Below are positions 49,856 to 60,862 of a DNA stretch of 64,000 nucleotides, piece after piece. The stretch spans positions 3,757,398 through 3,821,397 of the forward strand of contig NC_069002.1 of NCBI RefSeq assembly GCF_001194135.2, given 5' to 3'. The notes under the pieces were generated by a model. That model was not told the origin of the DNA and searched no databases. It saw only the letters and a list, made by a program, of their open reading frames with translations. Each line of letters starts with the position of its first letter. Position 1 is the stretch's first letter. The DNA comes from Octopus bimaculoides (taxonomy: Eukaryota). The position numbers and the translations under genes are program-made.

Positions 49856-50900
49856 TACATGTGTGTGTATATAATTGATTAATGAAAGAGATGGAAGATG
49901 GAAGACACAAGAATGTTTATTGATCACTACAATTGTTTTGACCCATCCAGCATCAATCCCTCATGGGTGGATACTGAACAACTGGGTCAATTGCAGCAAT
50001 CGATAAACATTCTCATGTCTACTTCCTTCTGTCACTCTCAATATCCAACAAACACTGTGAAAGTGAGCCTGCTTTACTGGCTAGCTACCAGGTGTATACC
50101 ATATGATTTATTATCTAAAATATATATATATATATANNNNNNNNNNNNNNNNNNNNNNNNNNNNNNNNNNNNNNNNNNNNNNNNNNNNNNNNNNNNNNNN
50201 NNNNNNNNNNNNNNNNNNNNNNNNNNNNNNNNNNNNNNNNNNNNNNNNNNNNNNNNNNNNNNNNNNNNNNNNNNNNNNNNNNNNNNNNNNNNNNNNNNNN
50301 NNNNNNNNNNNNNNNNNNNNNNNNNNNNNNNNNNNNNNNNNNNNNNNNNNNNNNNNNNNNNNNNNNNNNNNNNNNNNNNNNNNNNNNNNNNNNNNNNNNN
50401 NNNNNNNNNNNNNNNNNNNNNNNNNNNNNNNNNNNNNNNNNNNNNNNNNNNNNNNNNNNNNNNNNNNNNNNNNNNNNNNNNNNNNNNNNNNNNNNNNNNN
50501 NNNNNNNNNNNNNNNNNNNNNNNNNNNNATATATATATATATATACATGTTATATATAAATGGATGAGTGAATTTTCCTTTGTTTACAGTTAACACGGAA
50601 AATTCAATAAACAGTTACCAGGGTAACAAGGATGTAGCAACCTGTTCAAAGGCAGAAACTCCGGGTTAATGTGCAGTAGTTTGTATCGTATAACTAAATA
50701 AATGGAGTTAAACGCAGGTGTTATTCAAATTCTTTTACTTCTGACATATGTTTCGAAGACAACATTGGTATTATTCCAAAAGAATAAATGGTGCAACTCA
50801 AAATGTAAAAGACTATTTCATTTTCCAGAGCGTTAAACTAATACACCTACTTGTTGCTCATACACCTGTCTTCATCTTTTGCTTTTCTATAAATTTCAAC

Positions 50901-50933
<33 letters not shown>

Positions 50934-50936
50934 GTA

Positions 50937-51044
50937 TCATCATCATCATCATCATCATCATCATCGTTTAACGTCCGCTTTCCATGCTAGCATGGGTTGG
51001 ACGATTTGACTGAGGACTGGTGAAACCGGATGGCAACACCAGGC
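50937..51044 (-). mobile_element. Young RTE LINE 3' end (family D) adjoining (TA)n
   Basis: Identical to the 37886 and 46921 copies over about 80 nt. Confidence 0.8.
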
Positions 51045-52272
51045 ACGCATACACATATGCGTGTGCGTGCACGTGTGTTGTGTGTTTGTCATGACATTTT
51101 GCATCATTCATTTCCAATATTGTGCAGGAACATGTCTGGCCATGAGAAATTATTACTTTGCTTGGAAACAGATGAATGATGGTGAGAGGATGGGCCTTTG
51201 ACCATGGAAAGCCCGTCTTAATAAACTCCATTCAACCCATCAAGCATGGAAAAGTGGAAGTTAGATTTATAATGATAGTGCTCCACTTATTACATGTTTT
51301 CTACTGATCCTATGAACAGATTTTTTTTTTTTTCTCTTTCAATTTAATAGGAATACCACAAAGACGAGTGGTTAGTTAGTTCGCTTTGCAATCACATGAG
51401 CTCAAGTTCAGTTCCACTGCCTGGCATCTTCAGCAAACATGTATAATAGCCTTGGAATGACTAATGCACACGAGTGAAATTGGGCGACGAAAACAGCATG
51501 AACATGTGCACATGCATGCATGTGTGTGTGTGTGTGTGTGTGTGTGCATATGTAGGAACATATGTGTTTGTATGCGTTTTTCCCTACGCTTTTTTTTTCA
51601 TGTACTGTAACTTAGAGATGTGACAAAATGGTTACTGAAACAAGTACCCATTTTAAGGGTAAATAATGGAATCAACATGGTCAAGTAAAAGCTCTACAGT
51701 CCAGGGACAGCAATAATCTAAAGAGCAAAGAGCAGTTACAACAATATCTTACAATAACCTTGAATCAAGAATAGAAATAGAAATAAAATTCATTCTAGAT
51801 TTCACTTTTAAGTACCACCTGTGGATTACTGAATAAAAGGTTGGCTTAGAAATTGTTATAATATTCAGAAAAAGACAAATAAAATACTCTCCAAAATATA
51901 AAACTAAAATATTCATTTCAAAGCTTGGCACAAGGCCAGCAATTTCAGGGAAGTGGGCAAGACGATTGCATCCCCCACCCCCCACCCCGGGGGTTCATCT
52001 GGTGCTTATTTTATCGATCCCAAAAGGATGAAAGCCAAAGTCAACACTGGTGGAATTTGAACCCAGAATGTGAGGATGGAGGAAATGCCAAAAACATCTT
52101 GCCTGGCATGCTAACGATTCTGTCGACTCAACACCTTAATAAAATGAAAATATTAATTTAAAAAATTGCACGAAATTACATTTGAGAAGAAAAACAATCA
52201 ATCATGGGAATATTGCATTTGTAAAAACAAAAATCACAATAAAATAGGTTTAAAAAATTAAACAAGACACAC

Positions 52273-53257
52273 CTTTAGTGTAAGCTTGATCATCTTGCGA
52301 AGTTCCAATAGAGTATAGTAATTTTTCAGATTGAGATGGCAGACCAGATACACCTGGGCTAACAGAATGAACGAAGGTGTTCTTAGTTGGTCTGTAGTGT
52401 AAGGTTGTTTTACTGTTTATTGCAATAGGATGTTGGTGTTGAGAAACGTCAGGTGCATAACCATGCATGTTAGCAAACTGATATTTAAAGGGAGACTCAG
52501 CTAACTGGTGATAATCTAATTGCTGAGAAATTTGAGTCGATGGGGAGTGCTTGGGGTTAATGTACTGTCCAGCCAGACGTGGACTCTGGTTTCCAGTAAC
52601 AGACTGCGGAGAATAGGGACTTGGTGGCTGCGATCCATGCAGAGATGGCTGAGGAGAGTGCAAAGTACTAGCTACTGGATGCAGCATGCTAACTTGGTGA
52701 TCATACTCAAGTAATCGGCCTTTGTTCATATTTGGTGTTTGGCTGTACATCTCCCGTGGGTGGGCCTCAATATAAATATTAGCATGAGTAGAATGCTGAG
52801 AATTGGAAGCGACAGGAGTGGGCATAACTAGAGGGTCGTTCTTTTGTAGAGTTGGCCAGTGTAGTTTATCATTATGTGGACTGCTAGAAAAGTTACCATA
52901 CATTTGTGGCATGTTGTATTTATTATAACTGTTCGGATCTACTTCAGAAGTCTGAATGTGCTGAACAGAAATCTGTCGTTTGGGAGTGGTCGATGTTTTG
53001 CAGGTAATATGTGGAATCATACTGGAATTTGGAACATGCTTATATTGATCGAAATCAACAACTGGATTTGAGTTTAGTTCTGGTGAATGTGAAGTAACAG
53101 GGCTACTTTTATTAAATTTGGATGTCACCAGTGGCGGGGAGACATCAGTCCTTTTAATTTCCAAATTCAGTTTCTGCATGCTATTATTCACAGAGCTGAT
53201 AGTATTAAGAGAGTTCTTATTCAACTCTTCCAGACATTTATCCTTGTCATTGTTGAA
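52273..53257 (-). CDS. TAB2: TAB2/3-like coding exon 2 (985 nt): end of CUE domain + S/P/Q/H-rich linker
   Basis: Acceptor ttatatttcAG then FNNDKDKCLEEL (CUE helix 3, cf. NNNNLDACCAVL). Donor AAA G|GTGTGT follows DDQAYTK. Confidence 0.9.
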
Positions 53258-53838
53258 CTGAAATATAAAAGAGAAAAGAATTAAGTTCTATGTTGATGCG
53301 TGTGTGTGTGTGTGTGTGTGTGTGTTGTATACATGATAAGAGAGTTTTAATACGGAATACCAACCTGCTCATAACAATGGATATCAAAGTGTGACAAAGA
53401 GAAAAGTTGTAATGGTCTACGTGTCAGCAAATGCTAAGTACAAAAAGCTCACTCAGAGAAATTCTTTTGCTATGAGGAAGTCAAATAGTTTGGAGTAGAC
53501 TTCTTTGGAGAAAGATGAAACGTTTATTGATGATGCTGAATAAATCGAAGTAATAGAATGAAATAGTGCTATACGTGAATACCAGTGGCTAGGAATTTTA
53601 AGAACATTGTAATAAGCAAGCAAAATACGTGTATGTATTACATGCACCTTTTTCTTTACTTCTTAATTTCAAATTCAAACTTCTAATCCCACCCAATATT
53701 ATGAAGAAATTGTTATCTCCCTGTCTGCTGGGAACACCACATCTCTGAATAGTGGTTGTAACATCTATAATCATTTCATCTCTCCCACGAATAGTTCTGA
53801 TTGAAACATTACAAATAGCTTATTCCTCTAGAAAAAAA

Positions 53839-53873
<35 letters not shown>

Positions 53874-53943
53874 AATAATAATAATAATAATAATAGAGAC
53901 TTGGATCCAACTTGTACAAATGCAAAACAAAAGTCAAACATAA

Positions 53944-53982
<39 letters not shown>

Positions 53983-53983
53983 T

Positions 53984-54435
53984 AAGGCAAATAGACCAGA
54001 TATAGTTGTCAAAGATCATGAAGAAAAAAAATGCTTTCTAATTGACGTATCAATACCAGCAGATGACAACGTTTCTCTAAAAGAAATGGAGAAACTTTCA
54101 AAATACAAAGACCTGGAAATAGAGGTAACTCGAATGTGGAATCGAAAAACAGAAACAATTCCTATCATAGTAGGTGCCTTAGGTATAATAAAAAAATATT
54201 CAGACAAATACATAACAAAAACACCAGGACTTACAAATATATGTAACATACAGAAAATTGCACTACTGGGTACTGCACACATTCTACGCAAAACACTTTC
54301 AATACAGTAAACATAAGAGCACCACAGCAAACCACAACACATACCCAAGGCGCACAGAGTTGCGCTCGGTAGTGAAGTGAAAGCACGTTATAAAAATAAA
54401 ACTACTGAACAACAATAATAATAATAATAATAATA
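53984..54435 (+). mobile_element. 5'-truncated R4/Dong-like RLE retrotransposon inserted in (TAA)n
   Basis: Intact 108-aa ORF end KANRPDIVVKD..CFLIDVS..EKLSKYKDL..IPIIVGALG..IQKIALLGTAHILRKTL* (PD-(D/E)xK restriction-like endonuclease), a 100-bp 3'UTR, and (TAA)n on both sides. Confidence 0.85.
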
Positions 54436-55190
54436 TTGCCACTTTCTAACTCTCTTGCCCATCAGTGACTGAGTTAACCTTCTCATCCACTAAGGGAGAT
54501 GCTTGAGTGGTTAAGGTCAAGCAACTGACAAGCAAATCTCTGGCATTGAGCAGAATATTAGCCATAACGATATTTGTTCTTCAGTAACTCAGCACCGAGT
54601 CTATCTGAAATGTAATGGAAGATAGGCCAATTGCAAAACATTGACATCCATGTCACAAAACCACAGTTTGAAGGGAATAGTAGTCATTTCCTTTGATTTC
54701 TAGATAGGACCAAATAGGAAATAACACTTACAGGCCAAAGATGAAACAAAATTTTTGTTACACAGTGTAATGATTGTGTGGGAGGAACAAATGAAGATAA
54801 GAATTTATGTTCAACAAATAAACAAGTGAAATTACCAAAGGAAGTATAAAGGTAAAAATACAATGTTTTCGGGGTTTCCCTGTGCTCACCAGTTTTAAAT
54901 AATGTGTTTGGGAATATTAAGTGGTAACTAAAGTGGAAATAACATTGGCATAACAGCCCAATTTTATATACATCCTCCTGCATAAATGATTGGTTTCATA
55001 GAAATTAATGGACGTTAAACACTCTCAAACAGGACTTGTTGAATAGATAAGTGTGCTTAATTTGTATGAAAATANNNNNNNNNNNNNNNNNNNNNNNNNN
55101 NNNNNNNNNNNNNNNNNNNNNNNNNNNNNNNNNNNNNNNNNNNNNNNNNNNNNNNNNNNNNNNNNNNNNNNNNNTTATATACATACATGT

Positions 55191-55229
<39 letters not shown>

Positions 55230-55261
55230 TTTATATAGATAGATGTACACACACACAAAAA

Positions 55262-55780
55262 TGGTCATGTACTACGGATGGATGAGGAGAGCTGTGCGAA
55301 GAAGTGCCACTCCCAAACAGTGGAAGGAATCCAGGGTAGATCCAGACCCAGGAAGACATGGGATGAGGTGGTGAAGCATGACCTTCGAACCTTGGGCCTC
55401 ACAGAGGCAATGACAAAAGACAGAGACCTCTGGAGGTATGCTGTGACTGAGAAGACCCAGCAAGGAAAGTGAGATCACAGCCATAGCCTACACCAGTGTT
55501 GCATAACCAACCCATTTAAAAAAGTACCTTTGGATCGTCAGGTGACATGCCATGCTTGAGGAGACCTATTGAGTCAAGTACATCAAAGTCAAATCAAACC
55601 ACAATGAAATGGAAATTGTAGCTGTGGCTGATGCCAGTGCCACCTGACTGGCTCCCATGCTAGTGGCACACAATAAGCAACATTCATGCGTGGGTTGTTG
55701 CCAGTGCTGCCTGACTGGTGGCACATAAAAAGCACCATCCGAACATGGTCGATGCCAGCCTCCTCACCCTGAGGTCGATT
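55262..55780 (+). mobile_element. RTE LINE 3' fragment (ORF C-terminus + 3'UTR)
   Basis: HVLRMDEESCAKKCHSQTVEGIQGRSRPRKTWDEVVKHDLRTLGLTEAMTKDRDLWRYAVTEKT is a typical RTE C-terminus (GRPRKTW...DRxxWR). Confidence 0.8.
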
Positions 55781-57907
55781 TGTTTGGCTAGAACCCCTCA
55801 AGGTGGTGGTCCAGCATGGCCGTAGTCAAAGAGGATAGGTATGTCTGTGTGACTAAGAAGTTTGCATCCCAACCAGATAGTTTTGGGTTCAATCCTGCTG
55901 CAGGGCACCTTAGCAAGTGTCTTTTATAATAGCTTCAGGTTGTCCAAAGCCCTGTGAGGGGACTTTGGTAGATGGACTTCGAATGTATGTATGCCTGCAC
56001 ATGTGTACATGTCTACTTGAAGCAATAACCTCCATCTCCGATTTTCCATGGAAACACATTTGGTGTAAATACTACCTTCCTTGGAAATACAGAAGATTAG
56101 CACCAAGAAGGGTATCTAGCCATAGAAAATCCACCTCAACAAATTCCATCCAACCCATGCGAGTATAGAAAAGTGAATGTGAAAAGCAATGATGATAATA
56201 TGAATATATATATATATATATATATAGGCACAATAAATATATACAAAAACAAATATATACAAAAACACTCACATAAACATATATATATATATATATACTC
56301 ATGAGAGAAAAAAGGTATATTTGGTATAACTACCTTAGAAGAAGAAATCATTTGCTAAGTTTTGTAGAGTAACAGGATTTTGTAGTGGGTATTATTATAA
56401 TGGTCAAGGTCTCACAGTGGCATATAGCTTCATCCAGAGCACAAATCTTCAAATAGTGAGATTTTGAGAAACAGGAATTGTATATATTTGTCTGATGAGT
56501 GTGAGGGGAGTATGTAGTGTATGTATGCGTGGGTGGTGTAATTGTGGTTTTTTTTCGTTTTTGTGGGGGGAGCTATCTGAAGAATATGATTCTATGTGAT
56601 CTACTTGTTGATTGTGTGAGAAACTACAGTGATGGGGATATGTTTGAGAAAGATTTCTCAAATTTCCATATCCTAAGGACTCTCAGTTAGAATAAAACTA
56701 CGATACTTGGAAATTCCCCAATTCTATAAATATATTATATATATTTACATACACATATACCATTGTCATCATCATTGTCTTAATGTCCACCTTGCATAGG
56801 CATAGCTGTGAAATAAGCTTTTCCCCCAACCACATGGTTCTGACCAAAGCCTTGGGACTGGATTTGGGAGATGGAAACTGAAAGAAGCCTGTCATGTATA
56901 TGTGTATACATGTGTGCATGTCTGTGTTTGTCCCCCACTAGTGCTTGACAACCAGCATTGGTGTGGTTATGTCCCTGTAACTTAGTAGTTCAGCAAAAGA
57001 GATCAATAGAATGAGTATCAGGCTTAAAAAAATTTTAAAAACTAAGTATTGGTGTTGATTCATGCAACTATAAGTTCTTCAAGGCAGTGCCCCAGCATGG
57101 CCGCAGTCTAATGACTGAAACAGGCAAAAGATTAAAAGATATACCATCATCATCATCATCATTGTTTTAATGTCCACCTTGCATGGGTTGGCCTGAGTTT
57201 GAAACATATATTCCACAGCTGGATGCCCTTCCCATTGCCAACCCTTATCTACTTCCAAGCAAGATAATATTTGCCCCACTGTCAGACATTTTTGCAAAAT
57301 ACTGAAAATGAATAACACTGCTTATGTGACAGTGACACTCATTTACAGCTATCAAACTATGTCAAGAGAAGGAAACATATGCATATACACACATACATAC
57401 ACACGCATACACACACACACATAATCCTCATCTAACAAAGTTCTAATGCTGGCATAGCTTGAATGATTTGACAGGATCCGATAGGTTTGCAAAGACTGCA
57501 TCGTGCCCCAGGGTTTGCTTTTGGGTACCTTTCCTAATGCCAGTTACTTTACAGCATGTACTGGGTGGCTTTTCGTGCTGGACACTTTTTAGTTTTTGTC
57601 CACCAAATACATTCACAAGGCTCCAGTACTTTTTTTTTTTTAAACGCTGGCACTTATTCCATCAGTATCTTTTGCCAAACCATTAAGTTACAGGGACGTA
57701 AATACACCAACACCAGTTATCAAGTGGTGGTAGGGGACAAAGATACACACACATACACAACAGGCTTCTTTCAGTTTCCATCTACCAAATCCACTCACAA
57801 GGGTTTGGTTAGCCCGAGGTTATAGTAAAAGACACTTGCACATGGTGCCACACAGAGGGACACCACACCACCCACTTTCTCCCAGCAACAAATAAATATA
57901 GTCTCAC

Positions 57908-58009
57908 CTGCTTCATCACACTTCGCACAACATGTTCAGGTAACTGAGGAAACTGCCTCGCAAGGGAAATGAAGAGTTTCACTTTCAGGTTGCTTTCAGG
58001 CTCTGCCAT
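57908..58009 (-). CDS. TAB2: TAB2/3-like coding exon 1 (MAEPESNLKVKLFISLARQFPQLPEHVVRSVMKQ), CUE domain N-half
   Basis: CUE signature xFPxLPxxVV, donor CAG|GTGAGA, 102 nt, phase 0. An upstream acceptor tttttttaaAG at 58038-58039 implies earlier non-coding exons. The CUE + coiled coil + NFYxN order identifies a TAB2/TAB3 co-orthologue. Confidence 0.88.
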
Positions 58010-59146
58010 ACTGTCACGGTTTCATGAAGGTGAGACCCTTTAAAAAAAAGATAAACAGAAGCAGATAGAAAAAGGTTGCAAAGAATGAAAGAAAGTTTAA
58101 TTTTCTGGGCATGTCATTAAAAAAATCAGCACAGTTTTCCCACGCCTGAGTGGATGCCATAATAGTAATGTCATCATCACTTAACATCCACTTTCCATGT
58201 TTGCATGAGTCAGATGGAATGGCTCATCTCAGAACGCTGAACCTTATGGAGGAGATGACAGAGTGGTGTATTGCTGTAACTCGAGAAAACCAGCCCACCA
58301 CAACAGAACCAAGGTGTCTCGTAAAAAGCACTGGTGTGGGTGCTGGTGCCATATAAAAAGGGCTGGTGCTACGTAAAAAGCAACCAGTACACTGTGGAGA
58401 GGTTGGTGTTAGGAAGGGCATCCAGCTTTAGAAACCAAAGCAAAACAGTCTATGAAACCTGGTGCAGCCCCTGGCCTTGCCAGTTCCTGTCAAATCATCC
58501 AACCCATGCCAGCATGGAAATCATGATGATGATTATATGATAGTTCTAAGTGAGCATCACCATCATACAAACAATGTTCTTTGTTTCCAGGCTTCGATGA
58601 AGAACAGGCCTGTCGTGGGGAAATCATTTTTTGCTTAGACACAAGTGAAAGTTAGTGACAAGAGCATCAGGTCATAGAAATACTCTCAGCATTTTTTTTT
58701 TAACACTCAAATGATTCCGCCAGCTTGGCAATAATAACCGTTTCTAATTTAGGCACAAGGCCAGGAATTTTGAAGGAAAGGAATTTAGTCAACACCACTA
58801 ACTCCAGTATCTGACTGGTTCTTTATTTTACTGATACCATTCTCAAACCCAACCATTTTCAAAAACATGTTGGAACAAGGTAATCTTGGGCCTAAACAAC
58901 AAACAGTTTTTCTCAAAGTTACAGTATCTTGTAAATTTACTCCAAACATGCAACCGACCAAACTTAACTTGGTTCTATACAGAGCGAGTATTCACTGTCA
59001 TTCAAACAGTATCAGATATATTACACATGCTACACATACCTTGTCTTTAATATGATAAAAAGACACCCTTAGCAGTTAATGAAATGTTTGTAAACCAATA
59101 CCACACACCACCACCACCACCACCACCACTACCACCAAAAACTTAC

Positions 59147-59207
59147 CACAGTGGGGTACTGTGGTGGCCCAGAAGAGGAAGAGAGATGAGAGGAACAGCA
59201 AATCACC
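59147..59207 (-). other. Candidate TAB2 5'UTR exon
   Basis: Donor GTG|GTAAGT at 59141-59146 and a possible acceptor caactAG at 59208-59209. No ORF support. Confidence 0.3.
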
Positions 59208-60165
59208 CTAGTTGGGGTGCAAAGCAGCAAGTTACAGACAGAAGCAGACAAACGGTGTAGTAAGAGGGTAGACAAGTGTAGAACAGGTATTTTATTTGAG
59301 ACACAACGAAACAATTACACTGATGCACATGCAAGCAGGTGTGTGTTTGAGAGAGAGAGTGAGAGTGAGAGTGTGTGTGTGAAATCGACCCCAGGACTTA
59401 TTCTTTGTAAGCCTAGTACTTATTCTAATGGTGTCTTTTACCGAACCGCTAAGTTACGGGGACATAAACACACCAACATCGGTCGTCAAGCAATGGGGGG
59501 GGGGACAAACACAGACACAAAATATCTGTTAATGGCTATGTCTTATTATCAGTGTATTCCATTTTATTATCTTTGATTCCTTATTCTTTTATCCTTGTAT
59601 ACTTCATTTTATTGCTTGTGGAGACATATCTGTAGTTATAATGCATGACGATAGAACAGCATCTCACCTGTAAGGTATGAGTGCATGATGAATCGAAACG
59701 ATCGCAGTGGTTCTGAATAAAAGAGTTTTGCAAGTTTCATTTTCTGTCTCTCGTTTTTACACACACACACACACACACACACAGACAGACAAGGTTTATA
59801 TTTATATTGAATTACATATATAGCACATGTGTGTGTACATACACACATACACACACAGAGTGAAAGATGGGATGGAAATTCCAGTACAATGTGTTTCAAA
59901 AAATGAGCAAATCTTAAAAAAATTTGGAGGTTCGGTTGGTTAGTTAGTTGGTTCAAATAAAGTTTTGTATAGTTTTAGTTTGCCTTTAAATAAATAAAAA
60001 AAAAATTTAAACATTAATACACACACACACACACAAAGTCACACATACATACAGCTATAGTTGTACAACATGAATTTACAAAAAAAAGTAGCTGTCTTGT
60101 GATACAAAAAAATTAAACTATTGACATATATTATAAAACTTAAAATGTGTCTGCCTGCCTCTCAC

Positions 60166-60290
60166 TTTTCCTGGCTGCCGAAGCCCCCCCCCTCTCTATC
60201 TCTCTATCTCTCTCTCTCTCTCTTACTGGTTCGCTTTCGCCTTTCTTTGTCAATCTAACCCTCTCTTTCCCTGTTCTCCTTTAAACAAAC
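60166..60290 (-). other. Candidate TAB2 first non-coding exon (GA-rich)
   Basis: Donor AAA|GTGAGA at 60161-60165 at the end of a CpG-containing GA-rich segment. Confidence 0.25.
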
Positions 60291-60809
60291 AGGATCTATT
60301 TGAAAAGCTATCAAGTCATACACACATTTCTACAATTACAAAACCACAACACTGTCATCTAATTGGGATTAATTAGTATTAGATATAAAAAGTATGAAAG
60401 AAGACAGCTACAAGTTACCAACAAATAACAACATCCTCACCACCACCACCACACAGCAAATCTGCATTTGTTGTTTTATTAAATTGCCAACTAACGCAAT
60501 ATGCTGTCTATATACATATCCAACTGAGACAAACAGTTTGAAACAAGCCGATGAAGGAGCCACTATGCAACCACTCAACCTGCTGGAAATAGCAACCAAA
60601 TCTCCTTTAGGTCACACATAGCTTGCTTTCTTAGAAAAGAACACATTGGATTATGCAGTATTGTGTTCTGAGCACTTAGGAAAAAGAAGAGGTGGTCGTG
60701 ATTGGAAACCCTTTGACCATATATCTGCCCAATCAGGGCTAATTTAGGGCTGAACAACACACAAAAATATAGTATGTGTAGGTTTGTATTTGAATGCTAT
60801 ACTTCAGTG

Positions 60810-60862
<53 letters not shown>

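Noticed and set aside
50614-50627. Near-perfect X-box palindrome GTTACCAGGGTAAC
   Set aside because: It lies deep in TAB2 intron 2 within repeat-like sequence and far from any evident TSS, so it was not called as regulatory.
52250-53224. 324-aa ORF as a stand-alone single-exon gene
   Set aside because: It starts at a TTG inside an exon bounded by canonical splice sites and joins in phase to the CUE and coiled-coil exons of TAB2.
53912-54310. 132-aa ORF as a host nuclease gene
   Set aside because: The N-terminal poly-Ile is translated (ATA)n, and the rest is the truncated RLE of a retrotransposon.
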